Assembly: GCA_015231825.1 (NCBI GenBank)
Contig: JADGAV010000002.1
Coordinates: forward strand, 9,914-73,913
Direction of reading: 5' to 3'
DNA length: 64,000 bases
Source: SAR324 cluster bacterium
GTDB lineage: Bacteria > SAR324 > NAC60-12
The notes beneath the pieces were generated by a model. That model was given only the letters and a program-made list of their open reading frames with translations. It did not search any database and was not told the DNA's origin. The number at the start of each line of letters is the position of its first letter. Within the stretch, counting starts at the first letter, position 1. Position numbers and translations under genes: made by a program. Shown here piece by piece: positions 38,890 through 48,810 of this stretch.

Positions 38890-38894
38890 TGTTG

Positions 38895-39086
38895 TTAAGA
38901 TTTTTTGTCAACAGGCACTTCGTCTTCTTCAAAGAGAATCCGGTAGGCCGGAGTTTGCAAATCGTCAAACTGCCCTGTTTTCAGTGCCCAAATGAAAAGC
39001 CCCAATGCACCGCCTCCCAGTAAAAGAGAAGCCGGTAACAACACGTATACAATACTCATCTCACTCCTGAAATTTTTTAAACTCAA
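38895..39086 (-). CDS. ccoS: CcoS/FixS cbb3 maturation peptide
   Basis: Single TM followed by '[20 protein letters not shown]', matching the CcoS 'GQFDD...P..RIL' signature; first gene of the operon. Confidence 0.65.
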   Translation of the reverse strand: MSLKNFRSEMSIVYVLLPASLLLGGGALGLFIWALKTGQFDDLQTPAYRILFEEDEVPVDKKS

Positions 39087-39533
39087 ACAAAGTACCGGAT
39101 TTCGATATTCGAGTCTATCCGTAATTCTACTTAGTGGGCATGATTAGTTCCCAACTTATAAAGTCAATTAACGAACTGTCTGAGCTTCCTTATGAAGAAA
39201 AATTCTGATCACACCATGGTGGCTGACAGGCTCTGTCGAGAATATTGCTTGCCTCCTCTGTATCAATGGCAATTCGATTTGCAATTGGAAAAAACTGCCT
39301 GAACAATCAATTCGCGAAAAAATCTCCTCATAAATTTCAAATTACTTCATACAGATTTCCAGAAAATATTTGCTGCCTATATGGATTCTTTTTAAGAAAA
39401 CTTGGTACAGCAATTGTTTAACCTTTGAAAAACGGGGCAGGTGTGTTCGGACTACAATTTCTTTGACATTTAAGAATTGCTGTAATAAAAGGGGCGCTCG
39501 GGTTGCTGGTCGAAATATTGAGCAAGAAAAAAA

Positions 39534-39552
39534 GAATTTCCCCGGGAAATTT
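39534..39552. promoter_or_regulatory. Near-perfect palindrome GAATTTCCCCGGGAAATTT in the cco/dctP divergent intergenic region
   Basis: 19-bp inverted repeat ~230 bp upstream of dctP and ~450 bp upstream of ccoS. Confidence 0.3.
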
Positions 39553-39779
39553 AAAGGGTATTTCGGAAAAAGGACCCTCATCGAAGTGTGTGACAATTTC
39601 GTCACTTTGCGTGGAAAATAACCTAAATGGTTCATTCGCAAATTCGTTTGCAAAAAAACCGGGGTGTCTTCCTTTTTGTTCCCCGGATTTGAGCGTATGA
39701 TGTATTTGTCTGAATTCGGAAAATTTGATCTTTTCCTACAAATGAGCGGATAAATCATTCATTTCTAAAAAGAGGTACG

Positions 39780-40835
39780 ATGAAAAGACGCGAATTTATT
39801 AAAAAGGCAGGTGCAGGAGGTGCCGCTGTTGCAGCCGCCAGTGCCATATCAGCTCCCAATGTGATAGCGCAGTCAAAATCACCAATCAAATGGAGACTTC
39901 AGACCTATGCGGGGCCGGCATTGGCTGAACATGTCATTAAACCCTCCATTGATTCTTTCAACAAAGTGGCCAATGGCGAGATGGAAATTGAATTGTATAC
40001 TGCCGATCAGCTGGTACCGACTGGAGAGCTTTTTCGTGCCATGCAGAAAGGAACCATTGATGCTGTTCAAAGTGATGATGATTCCATTGCTGCACCTGTT
40101 GATGTCTCTGTCTTTGGTGGATATTTTCCTTTTGCTACCCGATACAGCCTTGATGTCCCTGTACTCTTCAATCAGTATGGATTGAAGGAAATTTGGGAAG
40201 AGGCCTATGGTGAAGTTGAAGGAGTCACCTGGCTCAGTGCCGGGGCTTGGGATCCCTGTCACTTCAATACGGTTGATCCGATTCATAGCCTTGCTGATTT
40301 GAAAGGAAAGCGCGTTTTTACATTCCCGACCGCAGGGAAATTTCTTTCACGTTTTGGTGTGGTCCCGGTGACGCTCCCGTGGGAAGACATTGAAGTCGCA
40401 GTTCAAACAAAAGAACTGGATGGTATCGCATGGTCAGGAATAACGGAAGATTACACGGTTGGCTGGGCCGATGTGACCAATTATTTTCTCACCAATAATA
40501 TTTCCGGAGCATGGTGCGGATCTTATTTTGCCAATACAGGATCATGGGAAAAAATTCCGGATCACCTAAAAGAACTGTTCCGCCTGTGTATGGACAGTTC
40601 TCATTATTACCGGCAGCATTGGTACTGGGGAGGAGAGGCAAAACTCCGCACAGAAGGGACTAAACTGAAACTGACCAGTATTCCCGACAATGAGTGGAAA
40701 ACCGTTGAAGACGAGGCTCTCAAATTTTGGGATGAAATTGCCAAAACCAGTGAACGGTCGGCCAAGGTGATTAGCATCTTCAAAAAATATGCGGCAACCA
40801 TGTCTAAAGCTGGACGTCCTTACCGATACGAGTAA
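39780..40835 (+). CDS. dctP: TRAP transporter substrate-binding protein (DctP family) with Tat-type signal
   Basis: 'MKRREFIKKAGAGGAAVAAASAISAPNV' twin-arginine leader; DctP-fold body; 351 aa. Confidence 0.8.
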   Translation: MKRREFIKKAGAGGAAVAAASAISAPNVIAQSKSPIKWRLQTYAGPALAEHVIKPSIDSFNKVANGEMEIELYTADQLVPTGELFRAMQKGTIDAVQSDDDSIAAPVDVSVFGGYFPFATRYSLDVPVLFNQYGLKEIWEEAYGEVEGVTWLSAGAWDPCHFNTVDPIHSLADLKGKRVFTFPTAGKFLSRFGVVPVTLPWEDIEVAVQTKELDGIAWSGITEDYTVGWADVTNYFLTNNISGAWCGSYFANTGSWEKIPDHLKELFRLCMDSSHYYRQHWYWGGEAKLRTEGTKLKLTSIPDNEWKTVEDEALKFWDEIAKTSERSAKVISIFKKYAATMSKAGRPYRYE

Positions 40836-40943
40836 TTCGGACTGCAGGATTGTTCTTTTGAGCATTCTCAACTTCCCTGCCTCATAAACCAGGGAAGTTC
40901 CCCTTCTCAAAACTCCTCCGAACCATTCAAAAAAGAGGCTCTT

Positions 40944-41456
40944 TTGCCGAAAGCAATAAAAATTTATGTGCGTTATGTTGAAGCGGTCAATCGGAAAATT
41001 GGCAAAGCAACGATGTATCTGATCTTTGTTATGATGGGCATATTGCTGCTGTCATCATTTTCCAGAATTGCTTTCAATGTCCCCTTCAATTGGACTCTCG
41101 AGATGTCTCAATTTACGATGGCAGCTTATTATTTGTTGGGAGGAGGATATTCCATGATGCTCAAAGGTCATGTCAGAATGGACCTTCTTTATGAACGCTG
41201 GTCCCCTAAAAGAAGGGCAGTCACGGATTTGTTGACATCTTTTTGCCTGATCTTTTATTTGCTGATTCTGCTCTACGGTGCTTATTCGAGTACCGAGTAT
41301 GCGATCAAATACGGGGAAACAAAGCATTCTGCCTGGGCACCCTACATGTGGCCGATCAAATTAATCATGTCGTTCGGAATCGTATTGATGCTTTTGCAGG
41401 CAATTGCTGAATTTTTTAGAGATCTTGCCGCTGCGAGAGGGGAGTCGATCACATGA
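40944..41456 (+). CDS. dctQ: TRAP transporter small permease (DctQ family)
   Basis: 170 aa, 4 TMs; ATGA overlap with dctM. Confidence 0.7.
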   Translation: MPKAIKIYVRYVEAVNRKIGKATMYLIFVMMGILLLSSFSRIAFNVPFNWTLEMSQFTMAAYYLLGGGYSMMLKGHVRMDLLYERWSPKRRAVTDLLTSFCLIFYLLILLYGAYSSTEYAIKYGETKHSAWAPYMWPIKLIMSFGIVLMLLQAIAEFFRDLAAARGESIT

Positions 41457-42775
41457 GTTATGAACTAATTGCTCTGCTGATGTTCTCTTCAATGATGCTC
41501 ATGCTGCTCACCGGGCAGAGAGTATTCGGGGCCATTGGATTTGTTGCCGCAGCCAGTGCTCTCCTCCTCTGGGGAGACGGCGGGTCCGAGATTGCTTTCA
41601 GCGCCAGTGTCAAACTTTTGAATTGGTATCCCTTATTGACCTTACCCCTTTTCATTTACATGGGATACATGCTCTCCGAATCCGGGATAGCAAATGATCT
41701 TTATCGAATGTTTCATGTCTGGATGGGTCCCCTGCATGGAGGCTTGGCAATCGGTACCATTGTCTTAATGGTGGCGATCTCCGCGATGAACGGATTGAGT
41801 GTTGCCGGTATGGCCATAGGGGCGAGTATCGCCATGCCGGAGATGCTCAAAAGGGGGTATGACAAGGTGATGGTCACAGGAGTCATCCAGGCAGGAAGCT
41901 CGCTGGGAATAATGGTCCCTCCCAGTGTCGTTTTAGTCCTTTACGGAATGATTGCCAGACAGCCCGTGGGACGCCTTTGGTTGGCAGGCGTCTTCCCCGG
42001 CTTGCTGTTGGCCTCGCTATTTATTATTTACATTGTTGTTCGCTGCAACATTCAACCCGAACTGGGACCTCCCCTCGCTTTTGAAGAAAGGCAAATGAGT
42101 TGGGGAGAAAAATTCAAATTGCTGAGGGCCGGGATCCTCCCTCTTCTCATTATTTTTTCGATGACCGGCTTGTTTGTTATGGGGATTACCAGTCTCGTTG
42201 AAAGTTCTGCTGTTGGAGCAATTGCAGCGACCCTCTCCGCATTTTTTAAAGGGCGTTTGAACCGGAAAGTGATGGACGATACCCTGCACAAATCTCTCAA
42301 TGTCAGCTGTATGTTCATGTGGGTCATTTTAGCCGCGCTTGCTTTTGCTGCTGTCTTTGATGGACTGGGTGCAGTGAAAGCAATCAAAGCGCTATTTCTG
42401 GATCAATGGGGACTGACCCCCTGGGGAGTGCTGATCATGATGCAGATTTCCTATATCGTTATGGGCATGTTTCTGGATGATACTGCCATGCTGGTCATTG
42501 TCGCGCCGCTCTATGTTCCTCTAGTCATCAGTCTTGGTTTCAATCCAATTTGGTATGGGGTGCTGTACACCGTAACCTGCCAGATTGCTTATATGACTCC
42601 ACCATTTGGTTATAACCTTTTTTTGATGAAAGCAATGGCCCCAAAAGGAGTGAGCCTCGTCGATATTTACAAGTCCATTATTCCTTTTGTGCTGGTGATG
42701 GGTCTTGGATTGATCATCATTATGATGTTTCCACAGATCGCGCTATGGTTGCCCGAATATGTTTACAGGAAATAG
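41453..42775 (+). CDS. dctM: TRAP transporter large permease (DctM family)
   Basis: 440 aa, ~12 TMs, DctM-family conserved Gly/Pro-rich segments. Confidence 0.85.
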   Translation: MSYELIALLMFSSMMLMLLTGQRVFGAIGFVAAASALLLWGDGGSEIAFSASVKLLNWYPLLTLPLFIYMGYMLSESGIANDLYRMFHVWMGPLHGGLAIGTIVLMVAISAMNGLSVAGMAIGASIAMPEMLKRGYDKVMVTGVIQAGSSLGIMVPPSVVLVLYGMIARQPVGRLWLAGVFPGLLLASLFIIYIVVRCNIQPELGPPLAFEERQMSWGEKFKLLRAGILPLLIIFSMTGLFVMGITSLVESSAVGAIAATLSAFFKGRLNRKVMDDTLHKSLNVSCMFMWVILAALAFAAVFDGLGAVKAIKALFLDQWGLTPWGVLIMMQISYIVMGMFLDDTAMLVIVAPLYVPLVISLGFNPIWYGVLYTVTCQIAYMTPPFGYNLFLMKAMAPKGVSLVDIYKSIIPFVLVMGLGLIIIMMFPQIALWLPEYVYRK

Positions 42776-43201
42776 CGGAATTCCGATCGCCCGGATTCAT
42801 GATCAGATAACAAGATTCCTGGATCAACTGATGGCAGATTTGTAGAAGGAATCAAGAAAGTCGGAACTGCCGAATTTATTATAATTAAGTCCAATACTAC
42901 ACATTCTCCATTATATAAAATTTCATGAACGCGGAAATACTCGGCAAGAGTCGGTAGAGAAAAACAGCGTGATTTTAATATTTGCGTTGTGTGATTAAAA
43001 TTTGGAAATTGCCCTAAACCATTAAAATATTGAGTTCGCTGAAAAGATATTGACATGCAGCAAGGAGTGCTGCTCCTGACTTGCAATGGACGAAAAGTTT
43101 CCTGTGTTCAGGTATGCAGACTGTGGAAGTGAATGTGGATTCTTATTGATTTGTCAGATTCAGCGAAAACCTATTCCTTAATCTTCTAGAGGGTCGAAGA
43201 T

Positions 43202-43663
43202 ATGCTAAAAAATCTCAATCCCATGCTCACTCCTGAACTCTTGTATGTGCTCCGTGCTATGGGACATGGAGATGAGCTGGTTTTGGTTGATAGTAATTTC
43301 CCTGCAGAATCGAGTGCGGTTCAAACGGTACATGGAAATTTGATCCGCTTGGATGGGAACACGATTGCTGAAGTCGCTGAAGCAGTTTTGTCAGTCTTTC
43401 CATTGGATAGTTTTGTTGAACATCCGTTGCTTTATATGGAAGTTGTCGGAAAACCCAATGAGATGCTGGAAGTGCACCGAGATTTTAAAACAATTGTCGA
43501 CAATCATTCTGATAGAAATTGGAAGATGGCTTCGATTGAACGCTTTGCCTTCTATGAACGTGCCAAACAAGCGTATGCAATTGTTGCAACGACTGAAAGA
43601 AAACCTTATGGAAATTTTGTCTTGGTCAAAGGTGTGATCAACCCTGAAGGCCATGTTGTTTAA
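43202..43663 (+). CDS. fucU: L-fucose mutarotase / RbsD-FucU family pyranase
   Basis: Near-colinear match to E. coli FucU: 'MLK...PELL.VL..MGHGDE', 'RFAFYERAKQA.AIV.T.ER..YGN..L.KGV'. Confidence 0.8.
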   Translation: MLKNLNPMLTPELLYVLRAMGHGDELVLVDSNFPAESSAVQTVHGNLIRLDGNTIAEVAEAVLSVFPLDSFVEHPLLYMEVVGKPNEMLEVHRDFKTIVDNHSDRNWKMASIERFAFYERAKQAYAIVATTERKPYGNFVLVKGVINPEGHVV

Positions 43664-43720
43664 ATCAGGAGACTGTGGCTCAATTTGCGACTACCACAAA
43701 CGTTTTCCGAATGGGATGAA

Positions 43721-44653
43721 ATGGACAAGTTAATCACAATCTTTGGGATATTTGCAGTGGATTTTAATTTTCGCTCAGAGAAGATTCCAATCACGGGCGA
43801 AACTCTGTTGGGTAAATTCAGCACAGGACCGGGAGGAAAAGGTTCAAATCAGGCAATTGCTGCTCGGCGGGCAGGAGGAAACGTTAATTTCATTACTAAA
43901 ATTGGTGTGGATCTTTTCGGTGAAATTGCTCTGGAACGATATAAACAGGAGGGTATCAGGACGGATTTGATCATCCAGGATAAAAATTATCCGACGGGTG
44001 CTGCTGCAATTTTGCTGGAGAATGAAACCGGGAAAAATGCCATTGTCGTCTGTCCGGGAGCTGCATCTGAGTTTACAATCGATGAAATCATGCATAAAGA
44101 ATCCCGGATTCAAACAGCATCCTTTTTTATGACTCAATTGGAAACGCCTTTGACGGTAACATTCCGGGCAATGGAAATTGCAGCAAAACACAAGATTCCG
44201 GTTATTTTGAATCCTGCTCCTGCCAATGAAATACCTTCTTCTGTTTATCCTCTTTGCGATTATTTCATCCCCAATGAAGTGGAAGCATCCAGTCTGGCGG
44301 GAATCCCTGTGAAAGATATCAATGACGCTGAAAAGGCGGCGGACATATTTTTAGAACGAGGTGTTAAAAATGTTATCATTACATTTGGCGAAAAAGGAGT
44401 CCTCGTCAAAAACAAGGACTTACTCGAACATGTCCCTGCCACTCAATTGAGGGATCCTGTTGTGGACACTACCGGGGCAGGAGATGCCTTTAGCGGAAGT
44501 TTTGTTGCTGCCTTGTCACAGGGAAAAGAACTGCCGGATGCCATTCGTTATGCCAACACGGCCGCCGGTATTTCCGTGACCAGGCTGGGAACGGCACTGT
44601 CCGCACCTTATCAGCATGAAATTGAAAAATTATTGCTTCAGGCAATCAATTGA
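43721..44653 (+). CDS. pfkB-family carbohydrate kinase (ribokinase-like)
   Basis: 'GGKGSNQAIAARRAG' and C-terminal 'DTTGAGDAFSGSFVAAL' (anion hole/catalytic Asp) of ribokinase. ATG 43721 aligns with ribokinase N-termini; the track's 43685 start is a TTG extension. Confidence 0.75.
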   Translation: MDKLITIFGIFAVDFNFRSEKIPITGETLLGKFSTGPGGKGSNQAIAARRAGGNVNFITKIGVDLFGEIALERYKQEGIRTDLIIQDKNYPTGAAAILLENETGKNAIVVCPGAASEFTIDEIMHKESRIQTASFFMTQLETPLTVTFRAMEIAAKHKIPVILNPAPANEIPSSVYPLCDYFIPNEVEASSLAGIPVKDINDAEKAADIFLERGVKNVIITFGEKGVLVKNKDLLEHVPATQLRDPVVDTTGAGDAFSGSFVAALSQGKELPDAIRYANTAAGISVTRLGTALSAPYQHEIEKLLLQAIN

Positions 44654-44693
44654 ATCCAATCAGTTCATTGAAAATTAAACAAGGATCGACTAT

Positions 44694-45818
44694 ATGGACC
44701 AGGCCTCCCTACAAAACGAAAATCTCAAAATAACAGATATTAAAGTCTACAAGTTTGATATTCCGCTGAAGGAAATATTTCAAATTGCGACCATGAGTCT
44801 CAGCAATGCCAACAATGTATTGATTAAAATTGAAACCAGCAAAGGCATTGATGGTTGGGGTGAGGCCGCTTCCTTTCATGCACTGGTGGGAGAGACCCAA
44901 TTGATAAATTTTGCGGCTGCCAAAGAAATCAGAGAAATTCTTGTCGGCAGAAATCCATTGGAAATTGAGTCAAATGTTCAGCTAATGGATTCTTACCTCC
45001 CTCACAACACAACGATTAAAAGTGCAATTGATATGGCTCTATATGATATTGCTGCAAAGTGTGCAGGAATGCCGCTATATGCTTTCTTGGGGGGTAAAAA
45101 GCGTGAAATCGAAACAGACATGACCATTGGGATTTGTGATCCAGGGGAAGCTGGAGAAAAGGCATTAGCAATTCTGTCAATGGGATTTAGGATGATCAAA
45201 ATTAAATTGGGTTTAAACTATAATGATGATTTTTTGAGGTTGAAGAACATCCGAGATGCCGTAGGAGAGGAGATCATCCTGAGGGTTGATGCAAATCAGG
45301 GATGGGACCGCATGACGGCAAAAAAAAGCCTCGATGCTTTCAGTCAATTTGATATTGAATTCTGTGAGCAGCCCTGCCGTGCCAGTGACAACAACGGAAT
45401 GAAGTATGTCAGTGAAAATACAAATATTCCGATCATGGCGGACGAATCTTTATTTTCACCGTTTAACGCCCTTCATCTAATTAAGGAAGACGTGGCCCCT
45501 TATTTCAATATCAAATTGTCCAAATCCGGCGGCATTCATAATGCAATAAAAATCAGTCATTTGGCTGAAGCCGGGGGCATTCTTTCCATGGTCGGATGCA
45601 TGTCGGAATCCAGGCTTGGTTTGACAGCGGCAGCGCATTTTAGCTTAAGCAACGAATCGATCAAATTTTTTGATCTGGATTCCTACCTGGAACACTCTGA
45701 AAATCCCGTTGTCGGTGGCATGGAAATAAAAAATGGATTTGTTCAAATGCCGGATGAACCGGGGATTGGGGCTTATCCAGATCCCCACTATATCAAAACC
45801 CTTGAGGAGCATAGATAA
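44694..45818 (+). CDS. Enolase-superfamily (MLE subgroup) enzyme, dipeptide (L-Ala-D/L-Glu) epimerase-like
   Basis: KxK base 'IKIKLG', metal ligands in 'RVDANQGWD' and 'MADESL', second base 'NIKLSKSGG'; capping domain present; 374 aa. Confidence 0.6.
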   Translation: MDQASLQNENLKITDIKVYKFDIPLKEIFQIATMSLSNANNVLIKIETSKGIDGWGEAASFHALVGETQLINFAAAKEIREILVGRNPLEIESNVQLMDSYLPHNTTIKSAIDMALYDIAAKCAGMPLYAFLGGKKREIETDMTIGICDPGEAGEKALAILSMGFRMIKIKLGLNYNDDFLRLKNIRDAVGEEIILRVDANQGWDRMTAKKSLDAFSQFDIEFCEQPCRASDNNGMKYVSENTNIPIMADESLFSPFNALHLIKEDVAPYFNIKLSKSGGIHNAIKISHLAEAGGILSMVGCMSESRLGLTAAAHFSLSNESIKFFDLDSYLEHSENPVVGGMEIKNGFVQMPDEPGIGAYPDPHYIKTLEEHR

Positions 45819-46915
45819 TGCTGGGCCCGGAGATAAAATTTGTAGATCGAGACTACATCTTGTTTGAGAATAAAAAGCTTCTTTACCTTGCCGGGATTGA
45901 TTATCACAGAATGTCCAACAATCCGATCATCATTCAGGCAATGTCAGATGCGGCTCATGAATTCGGATTGAATCCGACAGGTTCTCGAACCACAACGGGA
46001 AATCATTCGCTCTATATTCAGTTGGAAAAAACGGTATCGAATTTTTTTAATTCAGAAGCGGCGGCGGTCTTTGCCAGTGGTTATATTTCCAATATGGTAC
46101 TGCTTCAAACTATCAAAGACGATTTTGACATTTTTTTCATAGATGAGGTCACGCATTCAAGCATGATGGATGCGACGAAACTTTGCGACAAGAAGGTCAT
46201 ATCGTTTAAATATTTGAATCCCCAGCATTTAAAGGAGCAAATTGATAAAAATGTTTCAGCAAACAGCCGGCTTTTGGTAATGACGGATGGTGTTTTTCCG
46301 TCAACAGGTGAAATTCCTCCTTTGAAAGATTACGCCGATGTTGTCAAAAAGTATGACGGAAAAATACTAACCGATGATGCTCATGCAATGGCTGTCATTG
46401 GCAAAACAGGGAAGGGAACTTGGGAGGAAAAAGAATTAAGTAGGGACTTATTTTTTCAAACAGGAACTCTCAGTAAAGGTTTTGGAATTCATGGTGGCGT
46501 CATTCAGGGAGATTCTGATTTAATAAATAACATTCAGGAAAGAAGTGCTGCATTTGCCGGAAGTACAGGCATATCACTGCCGCTTGCTGCCGCGGCAGCA
46601 AAGTCAATTTCATATTTGAAATCCAATCCTCAAATCATTACTGAACTACAGAAAAGTGCACTTGCTCTCAAAGAAAAGTTCAGAGGGATCGGGTTCAAGA
46701 TGCCCAGTAGTCCAGTGCCGATTTTTTCAATCACTTTGGAAGATAGACAAAAAAACCAACGGTTGAAACAGCTTTTGTTGAACAACGGCATCTACCCGCC
46801 ATTCATCAATTATCCCGGTTCTCCTCCAGGAGGTCATTTCAGATTTATCATCACCAGCATCACAACACGCGAACAGATCCAGTTGTTATTTGAAACCATA
46901 AAATCAGCACTCTAA
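45818..46915 (+). CDS. Alpha-oxoamine synthase family PLP enzyme (BioF/Kbl/SPT-like)
   Basis: Aligns with E. coli BioF across 'YL.F.SNDY', 'V.TEGVFSMDGD.APL', 'DDAH..GV.G..G.G' and the Lys block 'TLSKGFGIHGGVI' (BioF 'TFGKGFGVSGAAV'). ATAATG overlap with the upstream epimerase. Confidence 0.65.
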   Translation: MLGPEIKFVDRDYILFENKKLLYLAGIDYHRMSNNPIIIQAMSDAAHEFGLNPTGSRTTTGNHSLYIQLEKTVSNFFNSEAAAVFASGYISNMVLLQTIKDDFDIFFIDEVTHSSMMDATKLCDKKVISFKYLNPQHLKEQIDKNVSANSRLLVMTDGVFPSTGEIPPLKDYADVVKKYDGKILTDDAHAMAVIGKTGKGTWEEKELSRDLFFQTGTLSKGFGIHGGVIQGDSDLINNIQERSAAFAGSTGISLPLAAAAAKSISYLKSNPQIITELQKSALALKEKFRGIGFKMPSSPVPIFSITLEDRQKNQRLKQLLLNNGIYPPFINYPGSPPGGHFRFIITSITTREQIQLLFETIKSAL

Positions 46916-46935
46916 TACAGCATCAGTGTACTTTG

Positions 46936-47733
46936 TTAAATTATAAACATGATCATCCTCATCACTTCAAAGTAATCTGCAGTTTCAAATACGACAGATT
47001 TTGGCCCGCCTTTTTTCATTCCTGGATAAAATGATGCCTTATACGCGCTAACAGGGTCTCTAAATTTTATTTCAACTTCAAAAAACTCCGGCAACTCGAT
47101 TCGACACATGGAAACGTCTTTTTTAAGTGCTTCCTCAACCCCTGATCTAATTCGTTTGCAAGCTAACTCTGGAGAGATACTCAGGGTAGAGGCACCAATT
47201 CCTTCACTGACAGGGACTGTGTTGATGTGTTCATTGATTGCTTTGACATCTTGACAAATTCCCTTATCACCCGAAACCAAGACAACGGGGACGTTAACAA
47301 AAGCAGACACGTAGGTATGAAGTAGAAATTCGGAAGCGAGTTCTCCATTGATCTTTAAAGAGTCGATTCCCAATACCAGAGTATGAGCCAGTGGATTATT
47401 TTCGGTTCCTGCTTTTGAATGGTAGCCAATCAGAATGCATGCATTAAAGGATTGATCCAACTCCTGAACCATACAAAAAGGATGTCCGCTCCATCCCCTT
47501 ATTAGTCGCGCACAATCAGGAAGACGGGAGGCAATAATGTTCCTTCCTGTATGATGAGCATCCTTGATAAGAATTTCTGAGACTCCAGCATTGATGGCGC
47601 CTTCACAAGCCGATACCACCTCTTCGGTCATCTGTTTTCTGAATTCCTGATACTCAGCGTTTTTGTTCATGGCTTCGTCCCAGTGGGTGATTCCTGTAGT
47701 TCCTTCGATATCGGCACTGATAAATAATTTCAT
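46936..47733 (-). CDS. dppA: M55-family D-aminopeptidase (DppA-like)
   Basis: 'MKLFISADIEGTTGI' N-terminus and overall 265-aa pattern of Bacillus DppA D-aminopeptidase (peptidase M55). Confidence 0.65.
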   Translation of the reverse strand: MKLFISADIEGTTGITHWDEAMNKNAEYQEFRKQMTEEVVSACEGAINAGVSEILIKDAHHTGRNIIASRLPDCARLIRGWSGHPFCMVQELDQSFNACILIGYHSKAGTENNPLAHTLVLGIDSLKINGELASEFLLHTYVSAFVNVPVVLVSGDKGICQDVKAINEHINTVPVSEGIGASTLSISPELACKRIRSGVEEALKKDVSMCRIELPEFFEVEIKFRDPVSAYKASFYPGMKKGGPKSVVFETADYFEVMRMIMFII

Positions 47734-47822
47734 GGTTCTTGATCAAAATTTAGGTTAGCTGATAAGGGACTTTGACAATCACTGTCAATCAATTCGATCG
47801 TAAAAGGCCGATGAAAGAAATT

Positions 47823-48749
47823 CTAAACAGGTGTTTCCTCACGCACAAAATGGGTATCAGAAACCTGTTGCATCGGTAGTTGAATCGGAATGAAATTAGG
47901 AGCCCGCATAGCACTGGGGATTTCGTCAGCGATTAGCATGGAGTCCTTTTTTCGGAGTCGAGGGTCAGGTACTGGTACTGAACCAAACAGTTTTTTGGTG
48001 TAGCTATGCCGTGGGTTCCGAAAAATTGATTGGCGGTCGCCTATTTCTACAATTTCTCCAAGATACATGACTGCAACCCGGTGGGCGATGCGTTCGACAA
48101 CAGCAACATCATGAGAAATAAACAGGAGAGAAATGCCCAATTCGGCTTGCAAATCCATCAGTAGATTGATGACCTTCGCTTGAATTGTAACGTCCAGTGA
48201 GGCCACTGCTTCATCGGCGATTATGAGCTTGGGATCCAATCCCAGGACTCTGGCTATACAAATACGTTGCCTCTGCCCTCCCGAAAAGGCATGAGGATAG
48301 CGATTCATGTGGTCTTTTTCCATATCAACACGCTCCAACAGCTCCTGGACCCGCTGGGGAATCGCATCTTTGGGGATTATTTTATTGACAATCATTGGAT
48401 CCGCGATCGCTTTGCCGACGGTCATGCGTGGATTTAATGAGCTGAAAGGATCTTGAAACACCATTTGAACATTGCGTTGGAAGGTCCTTAAGTTTCGTGA
48501 CGAAACCCCAAGAGTCTCTTTTCCATTGAATTTTATTGAACCGGAACTTGTTTTGTCCAAATGCATAATGCTTCGGGCAATGGTCGATTTTCCGCATCCG
48601 GATTCTCCAACAAGAGCCAGTGTCTCCCCCGGGTAAATATCGAATGAAACATTTTCGACTGCATGGACTCGTCCATATACTCTGCCAAACAGACCTGCTT
48701 TGAGATCGAATCGAGTCACTAAATTTTTAACCTCTATCAATGGTTTCAC
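47823..48749 (-). CDS. dppF: Oligo/dipeptide ABC transporter ATP-binding protein (DppF/OppF-like)
   Basis: Walker A 'GESGCGKST', signature 'FSGGQRQRICIARVL', Walker B 'IIADEAVASLD', C-terminal Opp extension. Confidence 0.85.
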   Translation of the reverse strand: MKPLIEVKNLVTRFDLKAGLFGRVYGRVHAVENVSFDIYPGETLALVGESGCGKSTIARSIMHLDKTSSGSIKFNGKETLGVSSRNLRTFQRNVQMVFQDPFSSLNPRMTVGKAIADPMIVNKIIPKDAIPQRVQELLERVDMEKDHMNRYPHAFSGGQRQRICIARVLGLDPKLIIADEAVASLDVTIQAKVINLLMDLQAELGISLLFISHDVAVVERIAHRVAVMYLGEIVEIGDRQSIFRNPRHSYTKKLFGSVPVPDPRLRKKDSMLIADEIPSAMRAPNFIPIQLPMQQVSDTHFVREETPV

Positions 48750-48810
48750 GATTTGTTCTCCTGAAATTTTTTCACATCAGCCGCAGTCTTTCGTCGGGAT
48801 GTTTTTTTGC

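Noticed and set aside
39342-39758. 138-aa minus-strand ORF inside the cco/dctP intergenic region
   Set aside because: Low-complexity, Lys/Phe/Pro-rich translation with no motif, and it lies in an AT-rich promoter region between divergent operons. Most likely a chance ORF.
42763-43086. 107-aa minus-strand ORF between dctM and fucU
   Set aside because: Cys/Ser-rich with no motif, in an intergenic region that contains promoter-like elements for fucU; likely spurious.
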